DNA of 63,908 nucleotides, filler included, from an uncultured Synergistales bacterium (GTDB taxonomy: Bacteria; Synergistota; Synergistia; Synergistales; Aminobacteriaceae), in NCBI GenBank assembly GCA_937897575.1. It is 10 parts of 10 records of this genome, joined end to end, with 100 filler letters (N's around TTAATTAATTAA, not from the genome) between each part and the next. Parts side by side here need not be neighbours in the genome. Positions count along the whole stretch, not along the records: positions 20,343 to 44,523 come from CALCQG010000155.1; positions 44,624 to 47,372 come from CALCQG010000156.1; positions 47,473 to 49,204 come from CALCQG010000158.1; 7 more parts are not named here. One strand, written 5' to 3'. A model generated the notes under the pieces. That model worked only from the letters and a program-made list of their open reading frames with translations, did not search any database and was not told the DNA's origin. A program made the translations under genes and the position numbers. Positions 38,792 to 48,507 of the stretch are shown here, in pieces (position 1 is the first letter of the stretch; each line of letters starts with the position of its first letter).

Positions 38792-39736
38792 ATGGCGATT
38801 CGAGTCAAGGACTACACGAACAAACAGAGCCCCCTCTCCCCGGGGCATCGGCTCTGCCCGGGGTGCGGCGCACCGACGGCCGTGCATCAGGGGCTCATGG
38901 CCGTCGATTCACCCCTTGTGGTGGTCAACGCGACGGGGTGTTTGGAGGTCTCCACGACGGTCTACCCCTTCAGCGCCTGGAGGGTGCCATGGATCCACAC
39001 GGCCTTCGAGAACGCGGGGGCCGGGGTCTCGGGTGTGGAGGCGGCCTACGTGGCGCTGAAGAAGAGGGGCAAGATATCGGAGGACATCAAATTCGTGACC
39101 TTCGGAGGCGACGGCGGCACGTACGACATCGGCCTCCAGTCCCTGTCCGGGGCTCTCGAGCGGGGGCACGACTTCACGTATATCTGCTACAACAATCAGG
39201 GCTACATGAACACGGGCGCCCAGAGGAGCAGCGCCACGCCGCGGGGCACGAACGCCACCACGTCGCCGGCGGGCTCCGTCGTGCCGGGGAAGCTTCAGAA
39301 GGCGAAGGACCTGACGGCCATCGCCGCGGCGCACAACATCCCCTACGTGGCCCAGACGAGCCTGTACAACATGACGGACGTGGCGGAGAAGGTGAAGCGC
39401 GCCGTGGAGACGCCCGGTCCCGCCTTCGTGAACATCCTCGTCCCCTGCGTTCTGTTCTGGGGCATCGATCCGGCGCTCCAGCAGGATATCTGCAAACAGG
39501 CGGTGGAGACCCGCTTCTGGCCCGTCTACGAAGTGGTGAACGGCGAGTGGAAGCTGACCTACAAGCCGAGGAAGCGCGTTCCGGTGGAGGAGTTTTTGAA
39601 GCCTCAGGGACGGTACCGCCACCTCTTCAAGGGCGAGGAGGGGGCGAAAATGCTGCAGCAGGCCCAGGCGGACATCGAGAACGACTGGGTGAAGCTGCTC
39701 CAGCGGTGCGGCGAGACCTGGACGCCGGAGGAATAA
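38792..39736 (+). CDS. porB: Pyruvate/2-oxoacid:ferredoxin oxidoreductase beta subunit (TPP-binding)
   Basis: GHRLCPGCG, TGCLEV, GGDGGTYDIG, YMNTGAQRS. Confidence 0.94.
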   Translation: MAIRVKDYTNKQSPLSPGHRLCPGCGAPTAVHQGLMAVDSPLVVVNATGCLEVSTTVYPFSAWRVPWIHTAFENAGAGVSGVEAAYVALKKRGKISEDIKFVTFGGDGGTYDIGLQSLSGALERGHDFTYICYNNQGYMNTGAQRSSATPRGTNATTSPAGSVVPGKLQKAKDLTAIAAAHNIPYVAQTSLYNMTDVAEKVKRAVETPGPAFVNILVPCVLFWGIDPALQQDICKQAVETRFWPVYEVVNGEWKLTYKPRKRVPVEEFLKPQGRYRHLFKGEEGAKMLQQAQADIENDWVKLLQRCGETWTPEE

Positions 39737-39744
39737 ATCGAGCG

Positions 39745-39778
39745 AAAAAGGAGGCCCGGGATCGCCCGGGCCTCCTTC
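39745..39778. terminator. Terminator between porB and convergent tpx
   Basis: AAAAAGGAGGCCCGGG-ATCG-CCCGGGCCTCCTT. Confidence 0.8.
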
Positions 39779-39799
39779 GTCCTCTGTCCTATTGCTTCC

Positions 39800-40312
39800 C
39801 TACAGGATCGCCTTGAGGGCCTCGAGCGCCGCGTCGTAGTCCGGTGCGTTCGTCTGCTCGGGGACGATCTGGATGTACCGGATGACGTTCTTGTCGTCCA
39901 CGACGAACACGGAGCGGGCGAGAAGCCGGAGCTCCTTGATGAGCACGCCCCAATTCGTGCCGAAGGAGGCCGTTCTGTGGTCGGAGAGGGCCTCGACCTT
40001 GTCGATCCCCCCGGTGGCGCAGAAGCGCGCAAGGGCGAAGGGCAGGTCCATGGACAGGTTGAGCACCACCACGTCCTTGGGCTGATTCGCCGCGTCCTCG
40101 TTGAACCATCGGATCTGCAGGTCGCACACGGGGGTGTCGAGGGACGGGGTGACGGAGATGACCTTGAACTTGCCGTCGAAATCCTTCAGCGTCTTTTTGG
40201 CCATGCCTTTATCGACCACTTCGAAGTCCGGGGCGTGATCTCCGACCTTGAGCGCCGGACCGACGAGGGTCAGCGGGTTGCCTTTCATGGTGATGATGCC
40301 TGTTCTTTCCAT
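39800..40312 (-). CDS. tpx: Thiol peroxidase
   Basis: PSLDTPVC, SMDLPFALARFC, LARSVFV. Confidence 0.95.
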   Translation of the reverse strand: MERTGIITMKGNPLTLVGPALKVGDHAPDFEVVDKGMAKKTLKDFDGKFKVISVTPSLDTPVCDLQIRWFNEDAANQPKDVVVLNLSMDLPFALARFCATGGIDKVEALSDHRTASFGTNWGVLIKELRLLARSVFVVDDKNVIRYIQIVPEQTNAPDYDAALEALKAIL

Positions 40313-40394
40313 AGCGACGCACCTCCTGCTGGGGTTGTTTCGTATATACTACAATAGAAGTAGGAGATTGTCCACCCTTTCGGCAGAAAAAGGA

Positions 40395-41180
40395 TCAGCG
40401 AAGTGCGCCCGAGCGCCAGTGCTCGATGAGCCGGCGGGAGATGCTGATGGAGGGCGGGATGTCGGGCATGTCCTCCGGGGTGAACCATCCGGCCTCCTCG
40501 ATCTCCGTCCCATCGGGGCGTATCTCGCCCGAGGCCCATCGGGCCGTGAAGCCGAGCATCAGGGAGTGGGGGAAGGGCCAGGGTTGGCTGTCGAAATAGG
40601 CGATATCCTTGACCTCTATGGCGACCTCCTCGCGGATCTCGCGCCGCACCGTCTCCTCGAGGGTCTCTCCCGGCTCCACGAAGCCGGCGAGGACACTGTG
40701 ACGCCCCTTCGGGAACCGTGAGTTCCGCGCCAAGAGCAGCTTGCCGTCCCGGACGACGGCCACGATGACCGCCGGGCTGAGGGTGGGGTAGGAGGCAAAG
40801 CCGCAGGAGGGGCAGAGCAGTCCGGCGTCCACCTCCGATGGGACCATGGCGTCGCCGCATCGGGAGCAGAAGCGCGTGTTCCTCCGCCAGTTCATGACCT
40901 GGAAGGCCGTTCCGGCATGACGGAACAGCTCCTCGCCGGCCAGGGCCCAGAGATCCCGCAGGCCGATGGCCTCTGTCCCGTGGGGGATCGGTTCGTCGGG
41001 GTCAAGCTCGCCCCAGAAGAGGCTCTCGTCGGCGCGGGGAACCATCCCCGAGCGAAGGGGCGGATGAGGCAACCGATTGACGTCTCCGTCCTCCGGGAGG
41101 GAAAAGGGCTCCTTCGACGGCAACACGAGGAGGTCCTTATGAAAGAGCAACCAACGGGCCGATGGGCAACGATCTGTCAT
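40395..41180 (-). CDS. nudC: NAD(+) diphosphatase (Nudix)
   Basis: FCSRCG..CPSCG zinc ribbon, GFVEPGETLEETVRREIREE Nudix box, SQPWPFPHS. Confidence 0.95.
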   Translation of the reverse strand: MTDRCPSARWLLFHKDLLVLPSKEPFSLPEDGDVNRLPHPPLRSGMVPRADESLFWGELDPDEPIPHGTEAIGLRDLWALAGEELFRHAGTAFQVMNWRRNTRFCSRCGDAMVPSEVDAGLLCPSCGFASYPTLSPAVIVAVVRDGKLLLARNSRFPKGRHSVLAGFVEPGETLEETVRREIREEVAIEVKDIAYFDSQPWPFPHSLMLGFTARWASGEIRPDGTEIEEAGWFTPEDMPDIPPSISISRRLIEHWRSGALR

Positions 41181-41383
41181 GAGTATCCTCTTTTCTCCTC
41201 TTGAAATACGGTGTAAACCTCAACATCGGATGGTCTGCGGGGCAAACCGACCGAGAGGCGTACGACCCGCCGGGGGGTGCCACCGTAGAGTGAAGACGGT
41301 ACAATGATACCCGGATATCCGTTTTTTTCGCAAGGGCGCGAGCGTCGCGATCGAAGTTCTGCGGACGAGAGAGGAGTGATGTC

Positions 41384-42046
41384 ATGAGAATCATCGGAGT
41401 GAACGGAAGCCCGAGAAAGACATGGAACACGGCCATGATCCTCGGGAGCGTGCTGGAGGGCGCCGCATCGAAGGGAGCGGGGACGGAGCTTGTTCACCTG
41501 TACGACCTCGACTTCAAGGGGTGCGTGAGCTGCTTCGCCTGCAAGGCAAAGGGAGGGAAGAGCTACGGGCGGTGCGGGTACCGGGACGGGCTGACCCCGC
41601 TGCTCGAGGCGATAGCCGACGCGGACGCCCTCGTCCTTGGGTCACCCATCTACCTCAGCGACGTGACGGGGGCGATGCGATCCTTCGTGGAGCGCCTCGT
41701 CTTTCAGTACCTTGTCTATGACGGGGCGTACTCCGCCATCGCGCCGAAGAAAATCCCCGTGGCCGTCGCCTACACGATGAACATCAGCGAGGCGCGGCTG
41801 ACGGAGTGGGGGTACGACAGAATGTTCTCCGCCTTCGAGGGTCCCCTGAAGCGGACCTTCGGCTCGGTGGAGTCTTTGGCCGTTACCGATACCCTGCAGT
41901 TCGACGACTACTCGCGCTACGTGGCAACGGCCTTCGACGAGGGGGCAAAACAGGAGCGCCGGCGAACCGTCTTCCCCTCGGACTGCGAGAAGGCTCGCCA
42001 GATGGGCGTCCGCCTGGCGGAGGCGGCGGAGGTCCTTCGCCGATAG
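41384..42046 (+). CDS. Flavodoxin family / iron-sulfur flavoprotein
   Basis: NGSPRK..NT, CVSCFAC..C, LGSPIY. Confidence 0.9.
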   Translation: MRIIGVNGSPRKTWNTAMILGSVLEGAASKGAGTELVHLYDLDFKGCVSCFACKAKGGKSYGRCGYRDGLTPLLEAIADADALVLGSPIYLSDVTGAMRSFVERLVFQYLVYDGAYSAIAPKKIPVAVAYTMNISEARLTEWGYDRMFSAFEGPLKRTFGSVESLAVTDTLQFDDYSRYVATAFDEGAKQERRRTVFPSDCEKARQMGVRLAEAAEVLRR

Positions 42047-42053
42047 GGCGACA

Positions 42054-42758
42054 CTACCGAGTGGAAACCCGCGGAGCGTCGAACCAGCGGAAAAAGTCCT
42101 CCGGGTCCAGGGCGTCGGGGACGAGATACCCGATGTGCTGAGCAAGGTCCGCAGGAAGGTCCGCGCCCGGAGCGGGCAGCGCGACGCACTCCATCCCGGC
42201 GCGCAGTGCGGCCTCCACGCCCCAGGCCGTGTCCTCGAAGACGATGCACTCCTCGGGAGCGACGTTCAGCCGCCTCGCCGCCTCGAGGAAGATGTCCGGC
42301 GCCGGTTTGCCCCGTCCGACCTCCACTGAGGAGACGATGAGGGAGAAGTGCCTCCGAACGCCCAGGGACTCCAGGATCGCCCCGCCGATGGAGGCGTCGG
42401 AGCCCGTGGCGATGGCCATGGGTATGCCCCGTTTCGCGAGCCCCTCAAGGAGCGGTCGTATGGGCGGGTACATCCTGGTGGACCGGAGAGCCAGCTCCCG
42501 ATAGAGGGCGCTCTTCTCGCGCACGAGGGCGGCGGGATCCTCAGTCAGGCCGTAGTCCTGAACGACGCCCCGGACCATCTCGTGGATGTCCTTGCCGACG
42601 TAGGCGGCTTTGGCCTCTTTCGTGAAGCGGATGCCCCGTCGCAGCATCAGTAGCCGGTCGCTCTCGTAGTGGTTCTCCTCGCTGTCCACGAGCGTGCCGT
42701 CGAGGTCGAAGATCGCCGCGGCGATCGGCTTTCGTCCTTTGTCTTCGCGGTCGTTCAT
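42054..42758 (-). CDS. HAD-IA family phosphatase (beta-PGM-like)
   Basis: FDLDGTLVDS, GKPAPDIF, VFEDT..G. Confidence 0.9.
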   Translation of the reverse strand: MNDREDKGRKPIAAAIFDLDGTLVDSEENHYESDRLLMLRRGIRFTKEAKAAYVGKDIHEMVRGVVQDYGLTEDPAALVREKSALYRELALRSTRMYPPIRPLLEGLAKRGIPMAIATGSDASIGGAILESLGVRRHFSLIVSSVEVGRGKPAPDIFLEAARRLNVAPEECIVFEDTAWGVEAALRAGMECVALPAPGADLPADLAQHIGYLVPDALDPEDFFRWFDAPRVSTR

Positions 42759-42807
42759 TCCGTTTCTCTCCCCCCGGGGCGGTTTTCGGTGAAAGTATAC
42801 CATGCCC

Positions 42808-43560
42808 CTAGAGGGGCACCACCATGGGGACGCCGCGGTGGCGGAGGATCTCCACGGAGACGCCGTAGGTCGCCTTGACGGTCTCGGCGGTCACCTCGCC
42901 GGGGGAGCAGGCCGCTGCGATGGCTCCGCCCTTGAGGAAGAGCAGTCGGTCGGCGAACCGCAGAGCCGTATTCAGGTCGTGCAGGCTCATGAGGGCGGAC
43001 ATGCCGTGCCCCTGCACCACGTGTTTCAGCGTGGCGAGGATGTCCATCTGGTTCTTGAGGTCCAGGCTGCTCGTCGGCTCGTCCAGGAGGAGCACCTTGG
43101 GCTCCTGGACCAGCGCCCGGGCGATGAGCACCTTCTGGAACTCGCCGCCGCTGAGCTCGTCGAGATAGCGCAGGGCGAAGGATTGCAGCGAGAGGGCTTC
43201 GAAGGCCCCCTCCACCTTCTCGAGGTCCCGTCGCTCCACGGTCCAGGTCAGATGCGGCCGTCGCCCCAAGAGCACGGCGTCGAAGGCGGTGAGGCGGGTC
43301 ATCTCTCCCCGCTGGGGGACATAGCCGAAGAACATCGCCCTCTCCCTCGGCGAAAGCCCTGCGGCGGTTTTGCCGTCCACAACCACCGCTCCGCCACGGG
43401 GACGCAGGATGCCGTTCACCGTCCGAAGCAGCGTGGTCTTCCCCGTTCCGTTGGGGCCGAGAAGGGCCACGGTCTCTCCCTTCGCGACGGAGAACGTCAC
43501 GCCCTCGAGGACCGGCACGCCTCTATAGGAGAACGAAAGTCCGTCGACGGACAGAATCAC
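42808..43560 (-). CDS. Iron-chelate/cobalamin ABC transporter ATP-binding protein
   Basis: GPNGTGKTT, LSGGEFQ, LLLDEPT, LHDLN; GTG start overlapping the permease stop. Confidence 0.92.
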   Translation of the reverse strand: MILSVDGLSFSYRGVPVLEGVTFSVAKGETVALLGPNGTGKTTLLRTVNGILRPRGGAVVVDGKTAAGLSPRERAMFFGYVPQRGEMTRLTAFDAVLLGRRPHLTWTVERRDLEKVEGAFEALSLQSFALRYLDELSGGEFQKVLIARALVQEPKVLLLDEPTSSLDLKNQMDILATLKHVVQGHGMSALMSLHDLNTALRFADRLLFLKGGAIAAACSPGEVTAETVKATYGVSVEILRHRGVPMVVPL

Positions 43561-44523
43561 GGTCTTCTCCTCCTGAACAGGATGGCGAGGAAGACCGGAG
43601 CGCCGAGAAAAGCGGTGAGGACGGAGACGGGAAGGGTGCGCGGCGCGAAGAGCATGCGAGCCCCCGTGTCGGCGGCCAAAAGCAGAAAGCCTCCCAGGAG
43701 CGTCGACCCGGGCAGGAGAAAGCGGTGATCCGACCCGAGGAACCGCCGAAGGATGTGGGGGCAGACGAGCCCCACGAATCCTATCACGCCGAGGAGCGCC
43801 ACCATGACCGACGACAGCAGCGAGGCGAGGATCATGGTCTCGAGGCGGACGCCCGTCGTTCGCACCCCGAGGGACTTGGCCGTCTCGTCGCCGCAGTCCA
43901 GGGCGTTCAGATCGAATCGCCGCAGAAAAAACACGGTGAATATGCCGAAGAGCAGGGACGCCATGACGGGGATATCCCGCCACGAAGCCCGGGCGACGTC
44001 GCCGAAGGTCCAGAACACCGTCGCCGCAAGCTGGGCGTCGTCGGCGAAGTATTGAAGGAACATGGTCCCGGCGGTGAAGAGGGAGCTCAGCGCCACCCCG
44101 GCGAGGACCATCACGTCCGGCGTTCCCCGCGTCGCGGTCGAGAGGAGGAGCACCACCGCCATGCAGACCAGGGAGGCCGCGAAGGCCGAACCCGTGGCGA
44201 GCCACGGTCTGACGATGGTGACTGCGTCGGCGGCATGGCTCTGCATGCTTCCCGAGCCGAGGACGATGATGGAAAAGGCCGCGCCGAAGGCGGCGGCGCT
44301 TGAGATGCCCAGGGTGAAGGGGGAGCCGAGGGGGTTGCGGAGCACCGATTGCATCGCCGTCCCGGCCAGGGCAAGCCCTCCTCCCGCCAGCAGCGCCGCC
44401 AGGGCTTGGGGCAGGCGGATGCCCAGGATAATCGTCCGCCATCTCGTCTCGCCGCCCCCGAGGAGCGTCCGCATGACCGCCCCCAGCGGAATGGGCACCG
44501 CCCCCCGGGAGACGGCGACCACC
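43557..44523 (-). CDS. FecCD/BtuC-family ABC transporter permease, 5' truncated
   Basis: IRLP, MQSVLRNPLGSPFTLGIS, GVIGFVGLVCPH. Confidence 0.92.
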
Positions 44524-44623
44524 NNNNNNNNNNNNNNNNNNNNNNNNNNNNNNNNNNNNNNNNNNNNTTAATTAATTAANNNNNNNNNNNNNNNNNNNNN
44601 NNNNNNNNNNNNNNNNNNNNNNN
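44524..44623. other. Artificial contig spacer
   Basis: N44-TTAATTAATTAA-N44. Confidence 0.99.
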
Positions 44624-45319
44624 GCCGACGGGGAGCCCGTCTCCGTCTTCGACGCCTGCTCGTCCCGCCACCGCCCCCAGTCCCAGAGGAGCGTCCGGCG
44701 GCTCGTGGAGCAGGCGGGGTACGAGCTTCGCCCCCTGCCCTACGAAGGCCGTCGCGCCCAGTGCTGCTCCTGGGGCGGGCAGATCGCCATCGCCAACCCG
44801 CCCTACACCAGGTGGCTCGCCGAGAAGCGGGCGTCCGAGGGCGAGTTCCCCTACGTCACATCCTGCGCCAACTGCCGGGACGTCTTCGCCGCGGCGGGCA
44901 AGCCGGTGCGGCACATTCTCGACATCGTCCTGGGGTTGGAGGGGTGGACCAGGAGGACGCCGGGGGCGACGGAGCGGCGGCGGAACCGGGAACACCTGAA
45001 GGAGTCCCTGGGGGCGAAGTACTGGCCCGACCGTGTCGGGCTGAGGGAGGGACGGGATGGGACTATGGAGATGAAGCGTCTGATCGTGGGCCCCGAGTTG
45101 AAGGAGAAGATGGACGGCCTGCGGCTGCTCGAGGAGGATGCCCTGGCGATCATCGAGGCCTGCGAGGCCACGGGCCGGAGGATCCGGGACGAGGACACGG
45201 GGCACTTCTTCGGGTACGGCCCCGTCGGGCGCATGACCCAGTGGGTGGAGTACGAGCCCTGCGCCGAGGGGTACGTGCTCCACAACACCTACAGCCATAG
45301 AATGGCGATCGAGTCCTGA
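44624..45319 (+). CDS. Cysteine-rich (CCG-like) Fe-S oxidoreductase, C-terminal part
   Basis: FDAC, QCCSWGG, TSCANCRD, WVEY..HNTYSHRM tail; typical neighbour of DVU_1557/TrsS genes (from recall). Confidence 0.75.
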   Translation, partial: ADGEPVSVFDACSSRHRPQSQRSVRRLVEQAGYELRPLPYEGRRAQCCSWGGQIAIANPPYTRWLAEKRASEGEFPYVTSCANCRDVFAAAGKPVRHILDIVLGLEGWTRRTPGATERRRNREHLKESLGAKYWPDRVGLREGRDGTMEMKRLIVGPELKEKMDGLRLLEEDALAIIEACEATGRRIRDEDTGHFFGYGPVGRMTQWVEYEPCAEGYVLHNTYSHRMAIES

Positions 45320-45320
45320 G

Positions 45321-45524
45321 GTGGACGAGATGGGCGACGGAAAAAAACTGACATGCGGCGCCTGCTGCATCCCCTTGACCGAGGAGAAGACCCACTTCAG
45401 CTACCTGGGCCACGCCTTCAGCACGACGGTCCTCCGGTGTCCAAGCTGCGGGCAGGTCTTCATCCCCGAGGAGCTGGCCCGGGGGCGCATGGCCGAGGTG
45501 GAGCAGACCCTGGAGGACAAGTGA
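45321..45524 (+). CDS. DVU_1557-family small zinc-ribbon/redox protein
   Basis: CGAC...FSYLGH...RCPSCGQVFIPEELARGRMAEVEQTLEDK. Confidence 0.8.
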   Translation: MDEMGDGKKLTCGACCIPLTEEKTHFSYLGHAFSTTVLRCPSCGQVFIPEELARGRMAEVEQTLEDK

Positions 45525-45542
45525 CACGAAGGAGGGGGCGCC

Positions 45543-47372
45543 ATGGCACAGGATGACTGCCGCTGCGGAGAGCACGCTGCGGGGTGCCTCGTCTGCGGCG
45601 CGCCCGTTCTCTATGAGGGCGTGTCCCGGGAGCGGACGTGCGCCCTCTGCGGCAAGACGGCCGATTCCGATGCCGTCTGCGCCGCCGGACACTTCGTCTG
45701 CGACGAATGCCACGCCGAAGCCGCGCCGGACTACCTGTCCCTTCTTCTGGATGCGGCGGAGCAGGACCCGGGCCGTCTCCTCCAGCGCGTGATGGAGCTG
45801 CCCAAGGTCCACATGCACGGGCCCGAGCACCACGGGATCGTCCCGGCCGTCCTGCTGACGGCGTACAAGAACTGCGGAGGCGATATAGACCTCGCCGCCG
45901 CGCTGCACGAGGCGGCCCGCCGGAGCGGCCGGGTCCCGGGAGGGACCTGCGGCAGCTGGGGCTCCTGCGGTGCGGCCATCGGTGCCGGCATCTACGGCAG
46001 CATGGTCATGAGGTCCACCCCTCTGAACGCGGCGGTGTGGTCGTTCCCCCAGACCCTCGTCGCCCGGTGCATGGAGCGCATTGCAGCGATCGGCGGACCA
46101 CGATGCTGCAAGCGCACCGCCCGCATCGCCGTCGAGACGGCCGCTGCCTGGACAAAGGAGCATATGGGCGTGGCCATGCCCTGCGCCCCCCAGCCCTGTA
46201 CCTTTTCGGGCCGGAACGGGGAGTGCCTGCGCGAAGGGTGCCCCTTCCACGAGGAAGTCGGGGAGGTCCTCCGCCGGACCTTCAGCGTCTGCCCCGTCTG
46301 CCTCCGGCGGATCGAGGCGCGCAAGGTCCGCCGGGACGGCGCCGTATTCCTCGAGAAGACCTGTTCGGAGCACGGCTTCTTCTCCGCCGTCGTCTGGCGG
46401 GACAGGGAAGACCTCGCCTCGTGGGTCGGGGACATCCCCCCCGTCGGGCCGGAGGAGAACCCGAACTGCCCCCACGGGTGCGGCATCTGCCCGGATCACC
46501 GTCAGGGCACCTGCTGCGTGGTCCTCGAGGTCACGAACCGATGCAACCTCTCGTGCCCCTTCTGCTTCGCCGAGGGCGGCGGGGAGGGCGAACCGTCCTT
46601 CGAGGAGGTGCGAAGGAGTCTGAAGGCCTTCGTGCAGCCCGGTTCGACGCTGGTGCAGCTCAGCGGCGGCGAACCCACGGTCCGGGACGATCTGCCGGAG
46701 ATCGTGGCCGCGGCCAAGGAGCTGGGGTGCCGCTATGTGCAGCTCAACAGCAACGGCCTGCGCCTGGCCGACGACGAGGCCTATCTGGACGCCCTGGCCG
46801 AGGCGGGGCTCTCCTTCGTCTTCATGCAGTTCGACGGCACGGACGACGCCGTATACGAGCGGCTGCGGGGGCGCCCCCTCTTCGACCTCAAGCGCCGGGC
46901 CATCGAGCGCTGCGCTGAGCGGAACATAGGCGTCACCCTGGTCCCGACCCTCGTCCGGGGGGTGAACGTCGACGCCATCGGCGACATCCTTCGCTTTGCC
47001 GTCGCCGCCTCGCCCGCCGTTCGAGGCGTGCATTTCCAGCCTGTAAGCTACTTCGGCCGCATCCCCGCCCCGCCGTCGGACGACGACCGGTTCACTCTGG
47101 ACGACCTGCTTGCCGAGATAGAGGCACAGGCCGGGGATCTCGTCCCGGCGGACAGCCTGGTGCCGTCGCGGTGCGACCACCCCCTCTGCGGGTTCCACGG
47201 CGACTACATCGTCCTTGCCGGGGGAGTGCTGCATCCGCTGAGCAAGCGCGACAAGGCCGCAGGCCAGCCCTGCTGCTGCGGAAGCGACCCCTCGGCCCGG
47301 AACAGGGAGTATGTCGGGACGCGCTGGGAGAGAGCCCGACCGGCCAGCGAGAGGGAAGGGGACATCACGGAT
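45543..47372 (+). CDS. DUF5714 domain fused to a TrsS-like radical SAM domain, 3' truncated
   Basis: N-half CLVCG, CDECH, MHGPEHH, GGTCGSWGSCG, GPRCCKR; C-half SVCPVC, CPHGCGIC, CNLSCPFC, QLSGGEPT, HFQPVSYFGR; no stop between. Confidence 0.8.
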
Positions 47373-47472
47373 NNNNNNNNNNNNNNNNNNNNNNNNNNNN
47401 NNNNNNNNNNNNNNNNTTAATTAATTAANNNNNNNNNNNNNNNNNNNNNNNNNNNNNNNNNNNNNNNNNNNN
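47373..47472. other. Artificial contig spacer
   Basis: N44-TTAATTAATTAA-N44. Confidence 0.99.
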
Positions 47473-47848
47473 TATGTTCCCCCTCGAGGCGAAGCCGGGC
47501 CATATGTTCCTCCGCCGAGATGCCCGTGGTCGTGCCCTCCCGTGCGTCCACCGAGACGAGAAAGGCCGTGCCGTGCCGATCCGTCCCCTCCCGGACCATG
47601 GGGTCCAGTCGAAGTCGCCACACGTAGTCGCGGCTGAGCGGGACGCAGACGAGCCCGCGGGCGTTCCGGACCATGAAGTTGATGTCCGAAGCCGTCACCT
47701 TGGAGGCGGCGACCACGATATCGCCCTCGTTCTCCCGGCTGTCGTCGTCGACCACGATGATCATCCGGCCCTCCCGGACGTCCGCGATGGCCTCCTCCAC
47801 GGAGTTGAAGCACGCTCCCGCCGCTGTCTCCTCTGAACGATCGTTCAT
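47473..47848 (-). CDS. ribB: 3,4-dihydroxy-2-butanone-4-phosphate synthase (RibB/RibBA), 3' truncated with chimeric tail
   Basis: IVVDDDSRENEGD, INFM...GLVCVP, TAFLVSVDA..TTTGISA. Confidence 0.92.
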
Positions 47849-48507
47849 ACCCATCCCCCCTGCGCATGATCCATCCATCCTGCGTCCTCGAGGCTTCGTG
47901 CCGAAAGGGGGGATCTCCCCCTCTCCAGAAGCCTTCGGACGTACTTGCCAAGAATATCCGTCTCGATGTTCACCTCGTCCCCCGCCCTCAGCCCTCCAAG
48001 CGTCGTGGACTCCAGCGTCGCGGGGATCAGGCTGACGGAACAGGCCTCATCCGTCAGCGACGAGACGGTGAGGCTCACCCCGTCCACGGTGATGGACCCC
48101 TGGGGGACGGTCATGCGGAGCAGCTCGTCGGGCAGGGGGAAGGAGAGGACATACCCGTCCCGCCCCCTCGAGCACCGGCGGATCCTCGTCGTACAGTCCA
48201 CGTGCCCCGTGACGATGTGTCCGTCGAGGCGGCCATCCGCCGCCAGGGCCCGTTCAAGATTCACTCCGGCGCCGGGGCGAAGCCCTCCGAACTTCGTCCG
48301 CTTCATGGTCTCCGCCATCACATCCACGGTGCAGATCGTCCCCGCCGACGACGTGACCGTAAGGCATGCGCCCGAGACGCACAGGGACTGCCCTGGACGG
48401 ATCGCCTTCGCTATGGACGGCGCTTCGACGGACAGGGCCCAGAGACCGTCCCCCTGCTTGCGGAGGGCCGTGATAGTGCCGACGGTTTCTACAAGGCCGG
48501 TGAACAT
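47845..48507 (-). CDS. ribE: Riboflavin synthase (alpha chain)
   Basis: MFTGLVE, GACLTV, VNLERA, GHIVTGHVD, DGVSLTV. Confidence 0.96.
   Translation of the reverse strand: MFTGLVETVGTITALRKQGDGLWALSVEAPSIAKAIRPGQSLCVSGACLTVTSSAGTICTVDVMAETMKRTKFGGLRPGAGVNLERALAADGRLDGHIVTGHVDCTTRIRRCSRGRDGYVLSFPLPDELLRMTVPQGSITVDGVSLTVSSLTDEACSVSLIPATLESTTLGGLRAGDEVNIETDILGKYVRRLLERGRSPLSARSLEDAGWMDHAQGGWV

Noticed and set aside
41238..41285. GGGGCAAACCGACCGAGAGG resembling a c-di-GMP-I riboswitch start
   Set aside because: The stem does not close and the GACGCAAAG and downstream conserved elements are missing
44624..47372. Selenocysteine recoding in the TrsS-like cluster
   Set aside because: No in-frame TGA inside the visible coding regions; Cys codons are used
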